A DNA stretch of 64,000 nt from Candidatus Hecatella orcuttiae (GCA_002011035.2 MTLY02000001.1:128001-192000), one strand, 5' to 3'. Positions 47,682 through 58,260 are shown, counted from the first letter of the stretch. Translations and numbers: made by a program. Notes: generated by a model from the sequence alone, not told the origin.

Positions 47682-48455
47682 ATGGTGACCGGATTGAGCC
47701 CTCCCCAAGGTTTCGAAGCTAACTTTATCGAAAAAGCTTTGGAGGGTATTAAAGACAGACTGCTGAGAGATAAGGCCCTTACAGGGAGAACCTTCGTGTT
47801 CAGGGACAGAATCCACGCTGGCATGCTTTTAGCTGAAAAGCTTAAAGAAAGCGGCATTGAGGACTCTTTTATATTAGCGGTGCCCAGCGGCGGAGTTCCC
47901 GTAGGCCGCATGGTAGCGGAAAAATTGAGAGCCCCTCTCGACTTGGCTATCTGCCGAAAACTTCCAGTTCCCTCCAATCCTGAAGCAGGCTTCGGAGCCG
48001 TGGCTCCTGACGGAACCTTGGCGTTGAATCAGCCTTTGGTCAGGGGACTCGGCTTAACCGAAGAAGAAATCAGTAGAACGGTTTCCCGAGTCTTGGAGGA
48101 GATTAGGAGGAGGGATCAGGTCTTTAGGCAGGGGAAGCCCTTCCCTGACATGGCCGGTAAGTCTGTGGTCTTGGTCGACGATGGGCTGGCTTCTGGCTAT
48201 ACCATGCTGGTGGCTGCCATGTTCTTGAGGAAAAGGAACGCTGGCAGAATAACCGTGGCCGTCCCCACGGGCTCGGTGGATGCTTTAATGCTGGTCGCCC
48301 CGCAGGCAGATTTGATATGCTGCCTCAACATACGAAGCAGCCTCTTCGGCTTCGCCGTAGCTGACGCCTACGAGCACTGGTACGACCTAGATGACGGAGA
48401 AGTCCTGAGACATCTTCAAGAAGCTCGAAAAATTCATCAGCTTAACCCTACTTGA
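47682..48455 (+). CDS. Phosphoribosyltransferase family protein
   Basis: FRDR..AG..LA, A.P.GGVPV, RKL..P..PE.GFGA, VVLVDDGLASGYTM, AVP; true start may be near 47796. Confidence 0.9.
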   Translation: MVTGLSPPQGFEANFIEKALEGIKDRLLRDKALTGRTFVFRDRIHAGMLLAEKLKESGIEDSFILAVPSGGVPVGRMVAEKLRAPLDLAICRKLPVPSNPEAGFGAVAPDGTLALNQPLVRGLGLTEEEISRTVSRVLEEIRRRDQVFRQGKPFPDMAGKSVVLVDDGLASGYTMLVAAMFLRKRNAGRITVAVPTGSVDALMLVAPQADLICCLNIRSSLFGFAVADAYEHWYDLDDGEVLRHLQEARKIHQLNPT

Positions 48456-48465
48456 AGTAAACTTT

Positions 48466-48774
48466 CTACTTTTCTCCTTTTCTAGCTTGGATGGCTAGGA
48501 GGAGTTCTTCCGGCTGGGGTATACGTCCTGATAGGAGGAGCTTCCCGTCGACCACGAAGGCTGGGCTTACCTTAACTCCGTAGCGAGATGCTTCTTGGGC
48601 TAGGCCTCGGTGGACTTCGATTTCAACTTCCGAACCGTACTTCCTCTTCACTTCTTCGATGAGGGTGAGAATTTTACCCCAATAGCAGAGAGGTTGGCAG
48701 GTGAAGACTTCAAACTTGGTGACCATTGAAAACTTCAGACCCCTTTCTCTTCCCCGGCGGCCTGTTTGTTTCAT
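48466..48774 (-). CDS. Small thioredoxin-fold protein
   Basis: EVFTCQPLC, YGV..SPAFVVDGK....GR.P; true start probably at MVTKF. Confidence 0.7.
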   Translation of the reverse strand: MKQTGRRGRERGLKFSMVTKFEVFTCQPLCYWGKILTLIEEVKRKYGSEVEIEVHRGLAQEASRYGVKVSPAFVVDGKLLLSGRIPQPEELLLAIQARKGEK

Positions 48775-48887
48775 AAACTAGGGGCTCTGTTCTGGTGTCA
48801 CTCTTCACAGGTCCGCAATACCAGCTTTCATCATTGCCTAAGCTCTATGGGCGCGGGGTTCCCCAAATAGTTTTCGCGCATTCCAGC

Positions 48888-49220
48888 CTAGCCTATGGAG
48901 ATGATTCTGTCGGATTCTTCCACCAGTTTCAGCAAGTCGGCCATGGTGGACACAGGGCAAAGCTCCACGGTGTCTTTCCCTCTCAACTTCAGACAGGTTC
49001 CGCAGGCTAGAATTTCCCCCTTTTCCTTGAGAAACTGGGTGAGCTTGTTTTTTACGTCGAATTTTTCGTCGCCGATTTCCTCCAGTTCAACCCCTTTTCC
49101 CAGCAGGAAAATCCTTGTTTCATGCCCCTTCGCCAAGGAGGTGATGCCGAGCCTGAGGGCGTTCCACACCTTCTCAGCGTCGTTGGTTTCGATGATGATG
49201 CCTATCTTCATGGTCATCAA
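48888..49220 (-). CDS. DsrE-family protein
   Basis: IFLLG.GVE, ACGTCL..RG, STM.DL...V..SD.... Confidence 0.88.
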   Translation of the reverse strand: MMTMKIGIIIETNDAEKVWNALRLGITSLAKGHETRIFLLGKGVELEEIGDEKFDVKNKLTQFLKEKGEILACGTCLKLRGKDTVELCPVSTMADLLKLVEESDRIISIG

Positions 49221-49401
49221 TCTTTTATAGATTGTATATTTATTATTTTTATTTACATATAAATTGACCGCGCATTAACTGAAAAACCCATTAAAATCCT
49301 TTCAGATGTCATTTAGCAATAAACCTAAATTTCTTTTCGCCCCTGATAGTTAGAATTTGATGGGCTTAAGCCTCTAACCGTTAAAAAGGCAGGGGAAAAA
49401 C

Positions 49402-50127
49402 ATGCAAAGAAAAGGGTTAAAGATTTCTGCCAGCTGCAGAGTGGAAGCAGGGAGTAAACTGTATGGAAAGATCCGCCTTGGAGAACGGGTCAAGGTGGAT
49501 TTTAACGTTCAAATCTACGGTCCAGCCCGCATAGGCGACGGCTCCTACTTGGGGGCTCACAGCATCGTAGGCTATCCTCCCCGAAAGGACTTGAAATCTA
49601 TCCTGGTAGACGAAGGATGGAAGGAGGAGACTGAAAACAGAAGACCTGTGAAGCTGGGTAAAAACGTCATCGTAAGGCCCAGCTGCACTATCTACTCTGA
49701 CGTGGAGCTGGGAGATGGAGTGGAGCTGGGCCACAGCGTCCTTTTAAGAGAGGGCGTAGTGGTGGGAGAAGACACCCTCATTGGCAGCGGGGTGGTGGTC
49801 GACGGCCACTGCCATATCGGCGCCCATGTGTCCATTCAGACAGGCGCCTACCTGTCCGCCTACAGCAGAATAGAGTCCCGCGCCTTCCTAGGGCCCCGCT
49901 GCGTCCTCCTCAACGACAAATACATGAAGTGGAAGACTACCCCTCTGCGAGGGCCCGTGGTGGGGGAGGCTGCGAGCATTGGGGGAAACGCCGTGCTCAT
50001 GCCTGCGGTAAGGGTGGGAAAGAAGGCAGTGGTGGCCGCGGGGGCTGTGGTCACGGAGAACGTGGCGGCTAAAACCATCGTAGCCGGGGTTCCTGCCAGA
50101 AAAATAGGCACCACCTCCGACAAATAG
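49402..50127 (+). CDS. Hexapeptide-repeat (left-handed beta-helix) acyltransferase
   Basis: Repeated [LIV]G hexapeptides; FLGP....ND, IG.NA...P.V..G..A.V.AGAVVT, G.PAR. Confidence 0.88.
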   Translation: MQRKGLKISASCRVEAGSKLYGKIRLGERVKVDFNVQIYGPARIGDGSYLGAHSIVGYPPRKDLKSILVDEGWKEETENRRPVKLGKNVIVRPSCTIYSDVELGDGVELGHSVLLREGVVVGEDTLIGSGVVVDGHCHIGAHVSIQTGAYLSAYSRIESRAFLGPRCVLLNDKYMKWKTTPLRGPVVGEAASIGGNAVLMPAVRVGKKAVVAAGAVVTENVAAKTIVAGVPARKIGTTSDK

Positions 50128-50148
50128 TCTGGATTGAAGCTCACCAGT

Positions 50149-51381
50149 TTAGCCTGAACCGGTCGGAGGCCTGTGTTTCCTAGGTGGGCGTGTCAAAGCG
50201 ATGGATAGGAGGGCTGAGAAGGTTATCAGACCCCCGGCTAGGAAAGCCTCCCGATAGCCTCCGGTTACGTCGATCAAGTATCCGCCAAGCACCGGGCCTA
50301 TTCCTATGCCGATCCCGTAGGCTAACCCCTCAAAAACCCCGTAGACGACTCCGATGGATTTTGAGCCGAAAAAGTCCCCGATGATCGCTGGCATTTGAGG
50401 TATGAAGCCTCCGAAGGCGTAGCCGAAGACGGCGGCTGAAAGATAGAGCGCAAAAGCGTTCTTCACCCCCACCAGCGAAATGATGCTTCCGGTGAGCAGA
50501 GCGAGGCAGATCACCAACGCTCGAACCCTCCCAATCCTGTCAGAAAGAGGCCCTATAGTGAGTCTCCCAAAAATGCTTGAAACACCGAAAACACTCAAGG
50601 CCCCCGCTGCCGTGAGAGGCTGAATACCAGAGGCGATGGCGAAGGGAACCACGTGAACCAGAGGGATGAAAGTGCTGGTGAAGAAGAGGAGGTAGGTGGA
50701 AAGGATAAGCCAGAAGGCCTTGGTCCTAAGCGCTGCACCTAGGCTTAGGCTTTCTGGGGGAGAAGCCTCACGGATGTTCCCAGCCTCTTCGGAGAGTTCA
50801 CCGTGGGCTTCCAAGGCTTCCCGGCTGGGATTTTTAATCAGCACTATGCCCACCAGCATAAGACTCCACACCAGCACACCGCAGACCACGAAGGCTTCCC
50901 GCCAGCCGTAAAGGGCTATCAGCCGCTCGACGGCGGGAGGGATCAGAATAGCACCCAACCCAGCACCCACAGTGACCACGCTGAGGGCTGCGCCTCTTCT
51001 TTTGACAAACCATCTGACGACGGTGGAGTGGGTTGGAATGAACACTGCTCCGACCCCAAGCGAAGTCACCAAACCGTAGAAAAAGTAAAACTGTAGCAGA
51101 TTCGCCGTTAGACTGGACAGCACTAGGCCTAGCCCCATTAGGAGGCCTCCAACTCCCAAGGGCAGCTTTGGACCGTAGGCATCCGTCAGCTTCCCCATCA
51201 ACATGGCGGAGGCTACATAGGCTCCGGCGTGAACGGAGAAGGCTGCGGAGGTCTCCGCGTTGCTCCAGCCGAATTCGCTGCGCAGAGGAGTGAAGAAGAC
51301 GCCGAAGGCGAAGAAGACACCGTACACCAAGGTTACGGCTAGCGAGCCCCCGACCACCAGCCAACCGTAGTAAAAACGCAT
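50149..51381 (-). CDS. MFS transporter (OFA/monocarboxylate-like)
   Basis: YYGW.VV, GKLTDAYGPK, RWF..RRG.A, G.LSDRIGR; about 12 TM segments. Confidence 0.92.
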   Translation of the reverse strand: MRFYYGWLVVGGSLAVTLVYGVFFAFGVFFTPLRSEFGWSNAETSAAFSVHAGAYVASAMLMGKLTDAYGPKLPLGVGGLLMGLGLVLSSLTANLLQFYFFYGLVTSLGVGAVFIPTHSTVVRWFVKRRGAALSVVTVGAGLGAILIPPAVERLIALYGWREAFVVCGVLVWSLMLVGIVLIKNPSREALEAHGELSEEAGNIREASPPESLSLGAALRTKAFWLILSTYLLFFTSTFIPLVHVVPFAIASGIQPLTAAGALSVFGVSSIFGRLTIGPLSDRIGRVRALVICLALLTGSIISLVGVKNAFALYLSAAVFGYAFGGFIPQMPAIIGDFFGSKSIGVVYGVFEGLAYGIGIGIGPVLGGYLIDVTGGYREAFLAGGLITFSALLSIALTRPPRKHRPPTGSG

Positions 51382-51641
51382 AAGCCTCAGTTCCCTGCCT
51401 TTGATTTCAGCCGGTTAATAAGGTGTAAGCATCAATCTTATCAATGTTAACCTTTAACCCTGAAAATTTGCAGACACCCTTTCATCCGAGGTTCGAGATA
51501 AAAATCCCGGCTGAAAGCCTGCTCAGCGTTTCTCGGAAGATAGGCAGGATGTATCCTACGTGTCTCATCTAATTTTTTCAAGAGAATTTTTCTCCCTTCA
51601 GCTTAAACCGGCATCTCCTAGCCGGGGGCAAGCTGGCTGAC

Positions 51642-52334
51642 CTATTTCACGCCCACATGAAGAGCAACTACGCCGAAAGCTAGGAGTTTAAAAGAAGCCT
51701 CCTGGAATCCAGCGTTCAAAAGCATCTCTGCAACTTGCTCCGCCGGGGGAAAGTTGACTGCAGAGGCTCCAAGGTAACGGTAAGCAGCTTTACGTCCAGA
51801 TACTAGGCCGCCGAGCCATGGTACAATTTTTCTTAGGTATAGGTGGTAGAGAATTTTTAAAGGGCGTTGCTTCGGCTGGCTGGTTTCAACGCAGACAAAC
51901 CTTCCTCCGCAGCGCAGCGTTCTCAGCACTTCTTTGAGGTATTCTTCAGCCTTAGGATTTCTGTAGGTGAGATTGCGGAAGGAGAAGGAGATGGCTATTC
52001 GGTCAACGCACCCCTCTTTAAAAGGCATGTGCGCCGCGTCCGCGAGGACTAGATCTATTTTGCTTCTCCTTCCAAGTTTTTTGCCCGCCGCCTTCAACAT
52101 CGCCTTGCTGAAATCAAGCCCGACTATGCAGGCCTCGGGAGCAGCCTGCTTCAGGATGTGTAACGCCAAGTCACCGGTTCCGCAGCAGAGGTCGACCACA
52201 ACTCCGCTTGAATTGCACTCGCGGGCGCAAAGCTTCCGCCAAACCCCGTCCAGCCCCCAAGTCAACAGGCGGTTGAGCAGATCGTATGTTCCCACCACGC
52301 CGTCAAACATCGGTTTAAGCGACATTCCACCCAC
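51642..52334 (-). CDS. ubiE: UbiE/MenG-family quinone C-methyltransferase
   Basis: MFD.V...YD.LN...T.GLD..WR, DLCCGTGDL, DFS..ML, ADA..MPF, AY.YL..S. Confidence 0.85.
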   Translation of the reverse strand: MGGMSLKPMFDGVVGTYDLLNRLLTWGLDGVWRKLCARECNSSGVVVDLCCGTGDLALHILKQAAPEACIVGLDFSKAMLKAAGKKLGRRSKIDLVLADAAHMPFKEGCVDRIAISFSFRNLTYRNPKAEEYLKEVLRTLRCGGRFVCVETSQPKQRPLKILYHLYLRKIVPWLGGLVSGRKAAYRYLGASAVNFPPAEQVAEMLLNAGFQEASFKLLAFGVVALHVGVK

Positions 52335-52408
52335 GAGATGGAGATTAGTTGACGGGGACCGTTAGAATTTTAATCCCGCCGGTTGCCACGGAAGCCGGGG
52401 GCTTCGGG

Positions 52409-52978
52409 CTACAGAAGCTTTTTCAGCCGGGATAGGGCATCTTCCATAGACCCTACTTCAGGGGTTTCCGGTATGCCGATGAGGGGTATGTTCAAGTTTT
52501 TCTTTTTCATCTCATCCTCTAGAACCTCCATGTAGACGCCTTTTTCCGCCACTTGCTTCTGGCTTGGCAGCTTCTCCGGTATGAGTCCGCTCCAAGTTGG
52601 GTTTCTAGGCGTTTTGTTGACGCCGCAGCTGGGGCTTCCGTCTGCGCCTAGGATTGCCACTATCTTGTAGCCGCTTTTCTGATAGTCTTCTATCTGGTTT
52701 AAGATGAAATCAGCTAGCTTCTTGCAGTGTTCTCTGAAAGCCGGAGTGTCATATTGCTCCTTGACATACTGCCATCGACGTATTCCTAGGTAGGTGGTTT
52801 CAGGGCATGGCATTTGAAGGATACCCAGCCCGCTTTTGACCAAGAAGTCCACGACAGGCGTTATGACTCCGGGAAACTTAGCTATGCCTTGTATCTTCGC
52901 GTTCTGATTCAGAATGCAGTGCGTTGCAACAACGATTTTTTTGCTTCTCTTATCCTCCACCACGGTCACCCTATCCAA
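52409..52978 (-). CDS. TudS/DUF523-related putative desulfidase (CD3072-like)
   Basis: HCILNQN, Q.PCPE...LG..R....KEQYD, GSPSCGV, G..ME.L; three-Cys [4Fe-4S] pattern of the 2-thiouracil desulfidase family. Confidence 0.8.
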   Translation of the reverse strand: MDRVTVVEDKRSKKIVVATHCILNQNAKIQGIAKFPGVITPVVDFLVKSGLGILQMPCPETTYLGIRRWQYVKEQYDTPAFREHCKKLADFILNQIEDYQKSGYKIVAILGADGSPSCGVNKTPRNPTWSGLIPEKLPSQKQVAEKGVYMEVLEDEMKKKNLNIPLIGIPETPEVGSMEDALSRLKKLL

Positions 52979-53094
52979 ATTGACATGTGTTTCGCATTCG
53001 ACCGTATTTTAGTATTTACACAGTGAAAAATCTCAGGCTGCGAAGGGCAGCTCCGGTGAAAGTGAGTTGCAAAAAGCTTGTTGGCGATTCTTTT

Positions 53095-54501
53095 TTATTC
53101 TAGCGGGATCCCGTGGTCTACGAGTTCCTTCTTCACCTTTCGATATATAGCAAGCCATTCGGGAATAGGCTTCAAGGTCTTCAAGTCGACGCACTCCTCG
53201 AACTTTTTCCCGGCGGGAGGTTCCTTTAATTTATCTTCATATCTGGCAACTAAGGTTTTCACGATCTCGTTTGCGTCTGAGCGTTTAACCCCAGCCGAGG
53301 CTTTACCTACTTCCCCTGCAAAGCCCGCTTCAAGGCCGCTGAAATAGTGCGGATACCTCCCCATGCGAGGGCGGATGCCCATTATGCACGCAGTGCCGGA
53401 GGACGCATGCCCGATGCACTGGGCTGCCGCTTCGTAGAGAAGCATGTCGGTGCACGGCCCTGCCACCGGGTTGATGTTGAAGAGAGTGATGTTATGAGTG
53501 TTCCTACTCTGGGATTGGCATGTGAGGCTGTTGGCCCAGATGGACTCCCGGCTGCTGCCTCCGAAAAGATGCCGAAGGTCGAAGACGGCTGCGGAAGGTA
53601 TCGTCGCCTGATGCACCACGAGGATCAGAACGGCCGCAGCGTTGGCTGTTACCACGCATCCCTCCGGTGAACCGGAGTAGCCGCCGATCATAGAGTAATG
53701 GGCCGCCCCGACCGGACCGTTAAAATTGAGAGCCTGAGCTGTCTTGTTCAGCAGGGGATAGTTCGTCTTCAGGCATGAGGGGGGAAGACTCCACATGAGG
53801 TTCACCTGCGGGTCGGCAGCGTCCACAGTTCCATACGCGCCGATGGCGCCCCATCCGCTCACATCGGAGACGAGGAAAGGATAGGACATGCCGGGTCTTC
53901 CAGCCCTTCTCACCCCTTCCTTGGTCAACACGGCTTCCAGCTTCCCATAGACGGTCTCATAAGGGGTGGAGCCCTTAAGCGGCCTTCCATAGGCGGTGAC
54001 GAGAGTAGGCTGGTGGATGATGTCCACCGACCTATATTGGGCTGCAGCTTGAACGGCTAAAACGAAGAGCTCCTCGGAGCACTCGGTGTCGAAGGGACCT
54101 AGAAACGTCGTCGGAGCCTGTCCGTCTTCCGGCTTCCTCGCTTTGCATACAACCTTGTCTAAGCCGGTTCCAAGTGCTACTTGGCTTCGCGCTTCTCTCA
54201 AAGCGCTTTTGAGTTCTTCCTCGGTGAATCTAATGTTCCTTTCAGTGTCAGTGCAGAGCATGCCTACTTCGACGGCGAACTCGAAGCCGGCTTCCCAGAA
54301 CTTATCTGCCAGACTGTCGTCGGCGGGCACAGGGTTCTTGGGGTCGCAGACGCCCTCCAGCCCGTGTTCTTTAAGCTTCTCCGTCACTTTCGTCGGAATA
54401 ACTTTGGTGTCCCAGTCCTTGACCTTGCAGACGGGGCCTGTGTGAATTCTATCCAAGACTTCTAAAAAAGAAACACTCATCAACCAACTCTCCTTGCTCA
54501 T
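53095..54501 (-). CDS. mtmB: Monomethylamine:corrinoid methyltransferase (MtmB)-family protein, non-pyrrolysine
   Basis: R...GP....DWD, P.D..LAD.F..AG, G..C.DTER...FT.EE, GRP...TPYE, AGRPGM, GGY.G.PEG, AGP.T.M.L.E, P.GK.F.EC.D; no in-frame TAG. Confidence 0.88.
   Translation of the reverse strand: MSKESWLMSVSFLEVLDRIHTGPVCKVKDWDTKVIPTKVTEKLKEHGLEGVCDPKNPVPADDSLADKFWEAGFEFAVEVGMLCTDTERNIRFTEEELKSALREARSQVALGTGLDKVVCKARKPEDGQAPTTFLGPFDTECSEELFVLAVQAAAQYRSVDIIHQPTLVTAYGRPLKGSTPYETVYGKLEAVLTKEGVRRAGRPGMSYPFLVSDVSGWGAIGAYGTVDAADPQVNLMWSLPPSCLKTNYPLLNKTAQALNFNGPVGAAHYSMIGGYSGSPEGCVVTANAAAVLILVVHQATIPSAAVFDLRHLFGGSSRESIWANSLTCQSQSRNTHNITLFNINPVAGPCTDMLLYEAAAQCIGHASSGTACIMGIRPRMGRYPHYFSGLEAGFAGEVGKASAGVKRSDANEIVKTLVARYEDKLKEPPAGKKFEECVDLKTLKPIPEWLAIYRKVKKELVDHGIPLE
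54272..54311 (-). repeat. 40-bp exact inverted repeat, partner of 58427-58466
   Basis: TGGCAGATAAGTTCTGGGAAGCCGGCTTCGAGTTCGCCGT occurs in both mtmB paralogues. Confidence 0.9.
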
Positions 54502-55187
54502 TCTTTTATCATCGGCTCAGGGAGAGGCGGCTTCACCCTTTTTCCCAGAAGCTGTTTGCACACCTCCACCCCATCGTCGGCCAGTCTTCCGTATCCGTCG
54601 GCGCCGATCTCCCTCGCCCATGCGGGGGTTATGGCGCCTCCTCCAATTATAATGTAATATCTATTCCGGAGACCCATGTCTTTCAGGTAGTCTGCGACCT
54701 CCTGCTGGTAAAGCCGGGTGGTGGTCATTAGGGAGGACATGGCTATGATGTCTGCTTTGACTTTTTCAGCTTCCTCCACGAACTTCATAGACGGCACATC
54801 TGAGCCGAGGTCGTGGACTTCGAATCCGGCTGCCGAAAGCATCACAGCCACGATGTTTTTGCCGATATCGTGAATGTCCCCCTTCACCGTTCCTATGACA
54901 ACTTTTCCCGCTATGGCTTCACTTCTCCTTTCAGCCGTCAACTTGAAAAGAAGCACTTCCACACCAGCCTTGGTGGCGTCTGCCGCCAGCATCACTTGAG
55001 GCAGAAATATTTCACAGTCATGAAACTTCTGGCCGACCACAGCCATACCTTTTCCAAGCCCTTCTTTGATGGCTTTCAGAGGGTCTATACCCGTCTTCAC
55101 AGCTTCTTCAGCCGTGCTCTTCGCTGCCTCCTCATCCATTTCAATAACGGACCTAGCCAGCCTCTCCAAAATGTCAACTTCAGACAA
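54498..55187 (-). CDS. Methyltransferase corrinoid protein (MtmC/MttC-like)
   Basis: Cap domain GM..VG..F....FLP....AA; GTVKGDIHDIGKNIV, SSLMTTT, GGG. Confidence 0.95.
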   Translation of the reverse strand: MSEVDILERLARSVIEMDEEAAKSTAEEAVKTGIDPLKAIKEGLGKGMAVVGQKFHDCEIFLPQVMLAADATKAGVEVLLFKLTAERRSEAIAGKVVIGTVKGDIHDIGKNIVAVMLSAAGFEVHDLGSDVPSMKFVEEAEKVKADIIAMSSLMTTTRLYQQEVADYLKDMGLRNRYYIIIGGGAITPAWAREIGADGYGRLADDGVEVCKQLLGKRVKPPLPEPMIKE

Positions 55188-55329
55188 TTCAGACGTAACC
55201 TCTGTCTACGACTAGAGTCATCCGAAGACCAGCGAATTTAAGCGTTTCGGTTACTCGCGTTGGAAAAGCCTGAAGAGATGAGAAGGTTCTGCTGTGGCGA
55301 ACGCAGAGCAGTTCATCGGATGACAGTCT

Positions 55330-56106
55330 CTAGCCGAGCCCTAATAATTTGTGAATGTCTAAGATATATTCGGAAAATTTTTTCTCTTCCCTATGCTCCA
55401 ATCTTCTCGGCCGGGGTAGATCAATGACTATCTCTTTAGCTATTTTGCCTGGGCGGGGAGTCATAACCAGCACCCTGTCCGCCAGAAATACAGCTTCTTC
55501 AACATTATGGGTTATGAACAGTATTGTCTTTTTTGTTTCATGCCATATCCTCAAAAGTTCAAAGTTCATCTCATACCTTGTCAGCGCGTCCAGCGCACCA
55601 AAAGGCTCATCCATGAGCAACAGTAAGGGGTCATGTATCAGCGCCATACAGATGGAAACTCTCTGCTGCATTCCACCGGATAGTTCATGAGGGTATTTGT
55701 TCTCAAACCCTGATAGGCCGACCAGTTTGACCAGTTCAGGGATCTTTTCGTAATACTTCTTCCCCAGCTTGAGTACTTCGAGCGGTAGCATTATATTTTT
55801 GATAACAGTTCTCCAAGGGAAGAGGACGGGAAACTGGAAAACGATGCCTATGTTCGGCTGAGGTCCTTTCAGCAGTTTACCGGCTATACGGATTTCCCCG
55901 CTGGTTTCCGGTATTAAACCTGAGATAACATTGAGAAGCGTGGATTTTCCACATCCGCTCCTCCCGACGATGCAGATGAATTCTCCCTTCTTAACACTGA
56001 ATGAAACGTCTTCTAAGGCCAGAACGTCCCCTCTTGGAGATTGGTAGACTTTTGTTAGATTTTTTACTTCAATCAGTTCTTCGGCTGAATTACCGGTTTT
56101 CATCAC
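55330..56106 (-). CDS. ABC ATPase, TauB/SsuB family
   Basis: GRSGCGKST, LFPWRTV, YP.ELSGGMQQRV, LMDEPFGALDA.TR, ITH...EAV.LADR. Confidence 0.95.
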   Translation of the reverse strand: MMKTGNSAEELIEVKNLTKVYQSPRGDVLALEDVSFSVKKGEFICIVGRSGCGKSTLLNVISGLIPETSGEIRIAGKLLKGPQPNIGIVFQFPVLFPWRTVIKNIMLPLEVLKLGKKYYEKIPELVKLVGLSGFENKYPHELSGGMQQRVSICMALIHDPLLLLMDEPFGALDALTRYEMNFELLRIWHETKKTILFITHNVEEAVFLADRVLVMTPRPGKIAKEIVIDLPRPRRLEHREEKKFSEYILDIHKLLGLG

Positions 56107-56876
56107 TCACGAATTCTCCATGGAATCAGCAATTTTTCCAGCAACACTATAGACCCGTAGAGTGTAAGCGCCAAAATGCATAACACCAATAAAGACGCAA
56201 AGGCGAAGGGGACGTTTAATGAGAAGTTGGAAACAAGCACGAGATAGCCAACTCCGGAGCTGGACGCTATGAATTCTCCTACCACAACTCCTACAACTGA
56301 TAAAGTGATAGATACTTTAAATCCGTCAAACAGGTAAGGGAGGGCGTTCTTGAATCTTAATTTTCTGAGTATCTGCCATTCGGAAGCACGGAAAGAGCGC
56401 ATCAGCTTCAACATGTTGGGGTCGATCTTTGTTAAGCCACTTATGGAGGCGATGACTATAGGGAAAAAGGCGAGGAAGAAGGAAACTAGCAATATGGACG
56501 GACTCCCATACCCAACCCAGATGACAAAAAAGGGAGCGATAGCCACCACAGGCAGCGACCGTATGGCGACCATCAACGGATACAGGGTAACCCTCAGAAT
56601 CCATGAATAGGCAATTCCCACCCCAAGGACAAAGCCGAAGACTACAGCTAAAAGGAAGCCTTCCACAATTAAAAGAAACGTAAAGTACGTATTTCTCAAG
56701 AGCGTATCAAGATTATTCACAAGCTCGCTTGCTATGGCTGAAGGGGGTGGAAGAAAAAAACTAGGTATATTGAATATTTCTACCGCCATCTGCCACACTA
56801 TAACCAGCATAAACATGAAAACTGTGAAGATTACTGGCTCTCTTATTCTCATCTTCGCACCCGATCCTGCCGGCAT
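56103..56876 (-). CDS. ABC permease, TauC/SsuC family
   Basis: LPPPS, P.VA.AP....W.G.G, FFPI, ALPY.F.G.K, VVGEF. Confidence 0.93.
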   Translation of the reverse strand: MPAGSGAKMRIREPVIFTVFMFMLVIVWQMAVEIFNIPSFFLPPPSAIASELVNNLDTLLRNTYFTFLLIVEGFLLAVVFGFVLGVGIAYSWILRVTLYPLMVAIRSLPVVAIAPFFVIWVGYGSPSILLVSFFLAFFPIVIASISGLTKIDPNMLKLMRSFRASEWQILRKLRFKNALPYLFDGFKVSITLSVVGVVVGEFIASSSGVGYLVLVSNFSLNVPFAFASLLVLCILALTLYGSIVLLEKLLIPWRIRE

Positions 56877-56961
56877 ATCATATGTTTTTCGCTTCTTATC
56901 TAGCTCCCGCTACCCCGTAGGCTGTCAAACGGCTCATATTTGATGAGAGTGTAGCCGGCTG

Positions 56962-58053
56962 TTACATTACCTCCGCTATTATCGCATTGATGTTTTCTTC
57001 GGCATTTTCCGGTGGGAGTATTTTCGTCAAGTATTCGTTCGTGTAAATCCTTTCTAGGGGAACTTCTTCGAAGCCAAAAGCCTCCGACGCTATTTTTTGC
57101 GTAAAAGCCATTTTCTCTTCGGTTACCCAGCCCAGCCCCAATTTCGCAGTCTCTTCCGGGTTTCCTAAATACCCTTGCAGCCCAAACGCCAACTGAATTC
57201 TGATGTCTTCCCGTTTAAGCTCCGGGCGGTATTTGTGCATAGCGTCAACTGCTTCTTCAGGGTTGGCCATGGCGTCTCTGATGCCCATGAATGTGGCCTT
57301 TAAAAATCTCCGGATCAGCTCCGGGTTTTCCGCCATAAGATCCAAGTGTGCTACGATGGCATTATTGTACACGTCTAAACCCCAATCCGCGAAGTTGATG
57401 TGGTTGACTTTTTCCCATAGAGCTGCACTAGGAGACTCGCTGTAGAAGCCGCATATGTCGGTTTCTCCTGCAAGCAACGCTGAGACCGCTACCCCTGGAT
57501 CAAGGTTTCGCATCTCTACGGTCGCGGGGTCAACACCGTTGATCTCTAAGAAGTAGGGCAGAAGTAGCGAGGTTTCGCTTGCAAAAGTCTGCCCATATAT
57601 CTTCCCCACCATGTCCTGCGGCCCTTTTATTCCGCTGTCCTTTCTGACGATGACACCGTTTACGCTTCTGAGGTGCAGCATCGCCACTATCTTCAGCTGC
57701 GCACCTTCGGCTATGGCTTTTATGGTTCCGCTGGTGCCCGGCATGCCGAAATCAAATTTCTTGGCTTCCATGTTTTTTAAAACGTCGGAGGTTCCATATC
57801 CCCTAAATATCCTCAGGGACAGCCCTTCTTCTTCATAGTATCCCTTTTCCATGGCTAAGAAGAAGGGGGCATCCCTTCCGACGAAGGCCCATCCCGTTTG
57901 AAAAGTGACAATGGCGATTTCGGGTGCTGGTGTAGGTGGTGGAGCTCTTGCAGTTCCGGCGAGATATCCCCCAACCATGCCTACCGCAAAGCCTACTACG
58001 GTGCCTACGGCGGTTTTAAGCCATCCTCTTCGAGTAACTTTCTCATCTACCAA
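56962..58053 (-). CDS. NMT1/THI5/ThiY-like ABC solute-binding protein with twin-Arg leader
   Basis: TRRGWLK leader, TM, PPPTPAP linker; W......APF..A..KGYY.EEGL, FL.A...G...A..NPEEA. Confidence 0.85.
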   Translation of the reverse strand: MVDEKVTRRGWLKTAVGTVVGFAVGMVGGYLAGTARAPPPTPAPEIAIVTFQTGWAFVGRDAPFFLAMEKGYYEEEGLSLRIFRGYGTSDVLKNMEAKKFDFGMPGTSGTIKAIAEGAQLKIVAMLHLRSVNGVIVRKDSGIKGPQDMVGKIYGQTFASETSLLLPYFLEINGVDPATVEMRNLDPGVAVSALLAGETDICGFYSESPSAALWEKVNHINFADWGLDVYNNAIVAHLDLMAENPELIRRFLKATFMGIRDAMANPEEAVDAMHKYRPELKREDIRIQLAFGLQGYLGNPEETAKLGLGWVTEEKMAFTQKIASEAFGFEEVPLERIYTNEYLTKILPPENAEENINAIIAEVM

Positions 58054-58260
58054 AATTCTTACCTCTCTCCTACCTTAGCATCTAAGCCCTATTTAAACCT
58101 ACTGAGCTTGTTGAAAATCCCTTCTTCGCCCCGCTTACAAGCTTGAGCAAGTTTCGCAACTAAAGCCCAACGGATCCTTGGCTTCTTGTGTCTTAAGACT
58201 GCGAAAGATTTATCTGTAGATCGACAAGAGTAAACGTCTAACAATTGTCGGTGGTTTCGT

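Noticed and set aside
46828-47816. Long overlapping N-terminal extensions of ORFs 45985-47280 and 46824-47816
   Set aside because: Better downstream starts exist (46827, 47513); the extensions overlap neighbouring genes and look non-protein-like
51382-51641. Possible riboswitch upstream of the MFS gene
   Set aside because: No recognisable TPP, cobalamin, FMN or fluoride consensus by eye; an Infernal/Rfam scan would be needed
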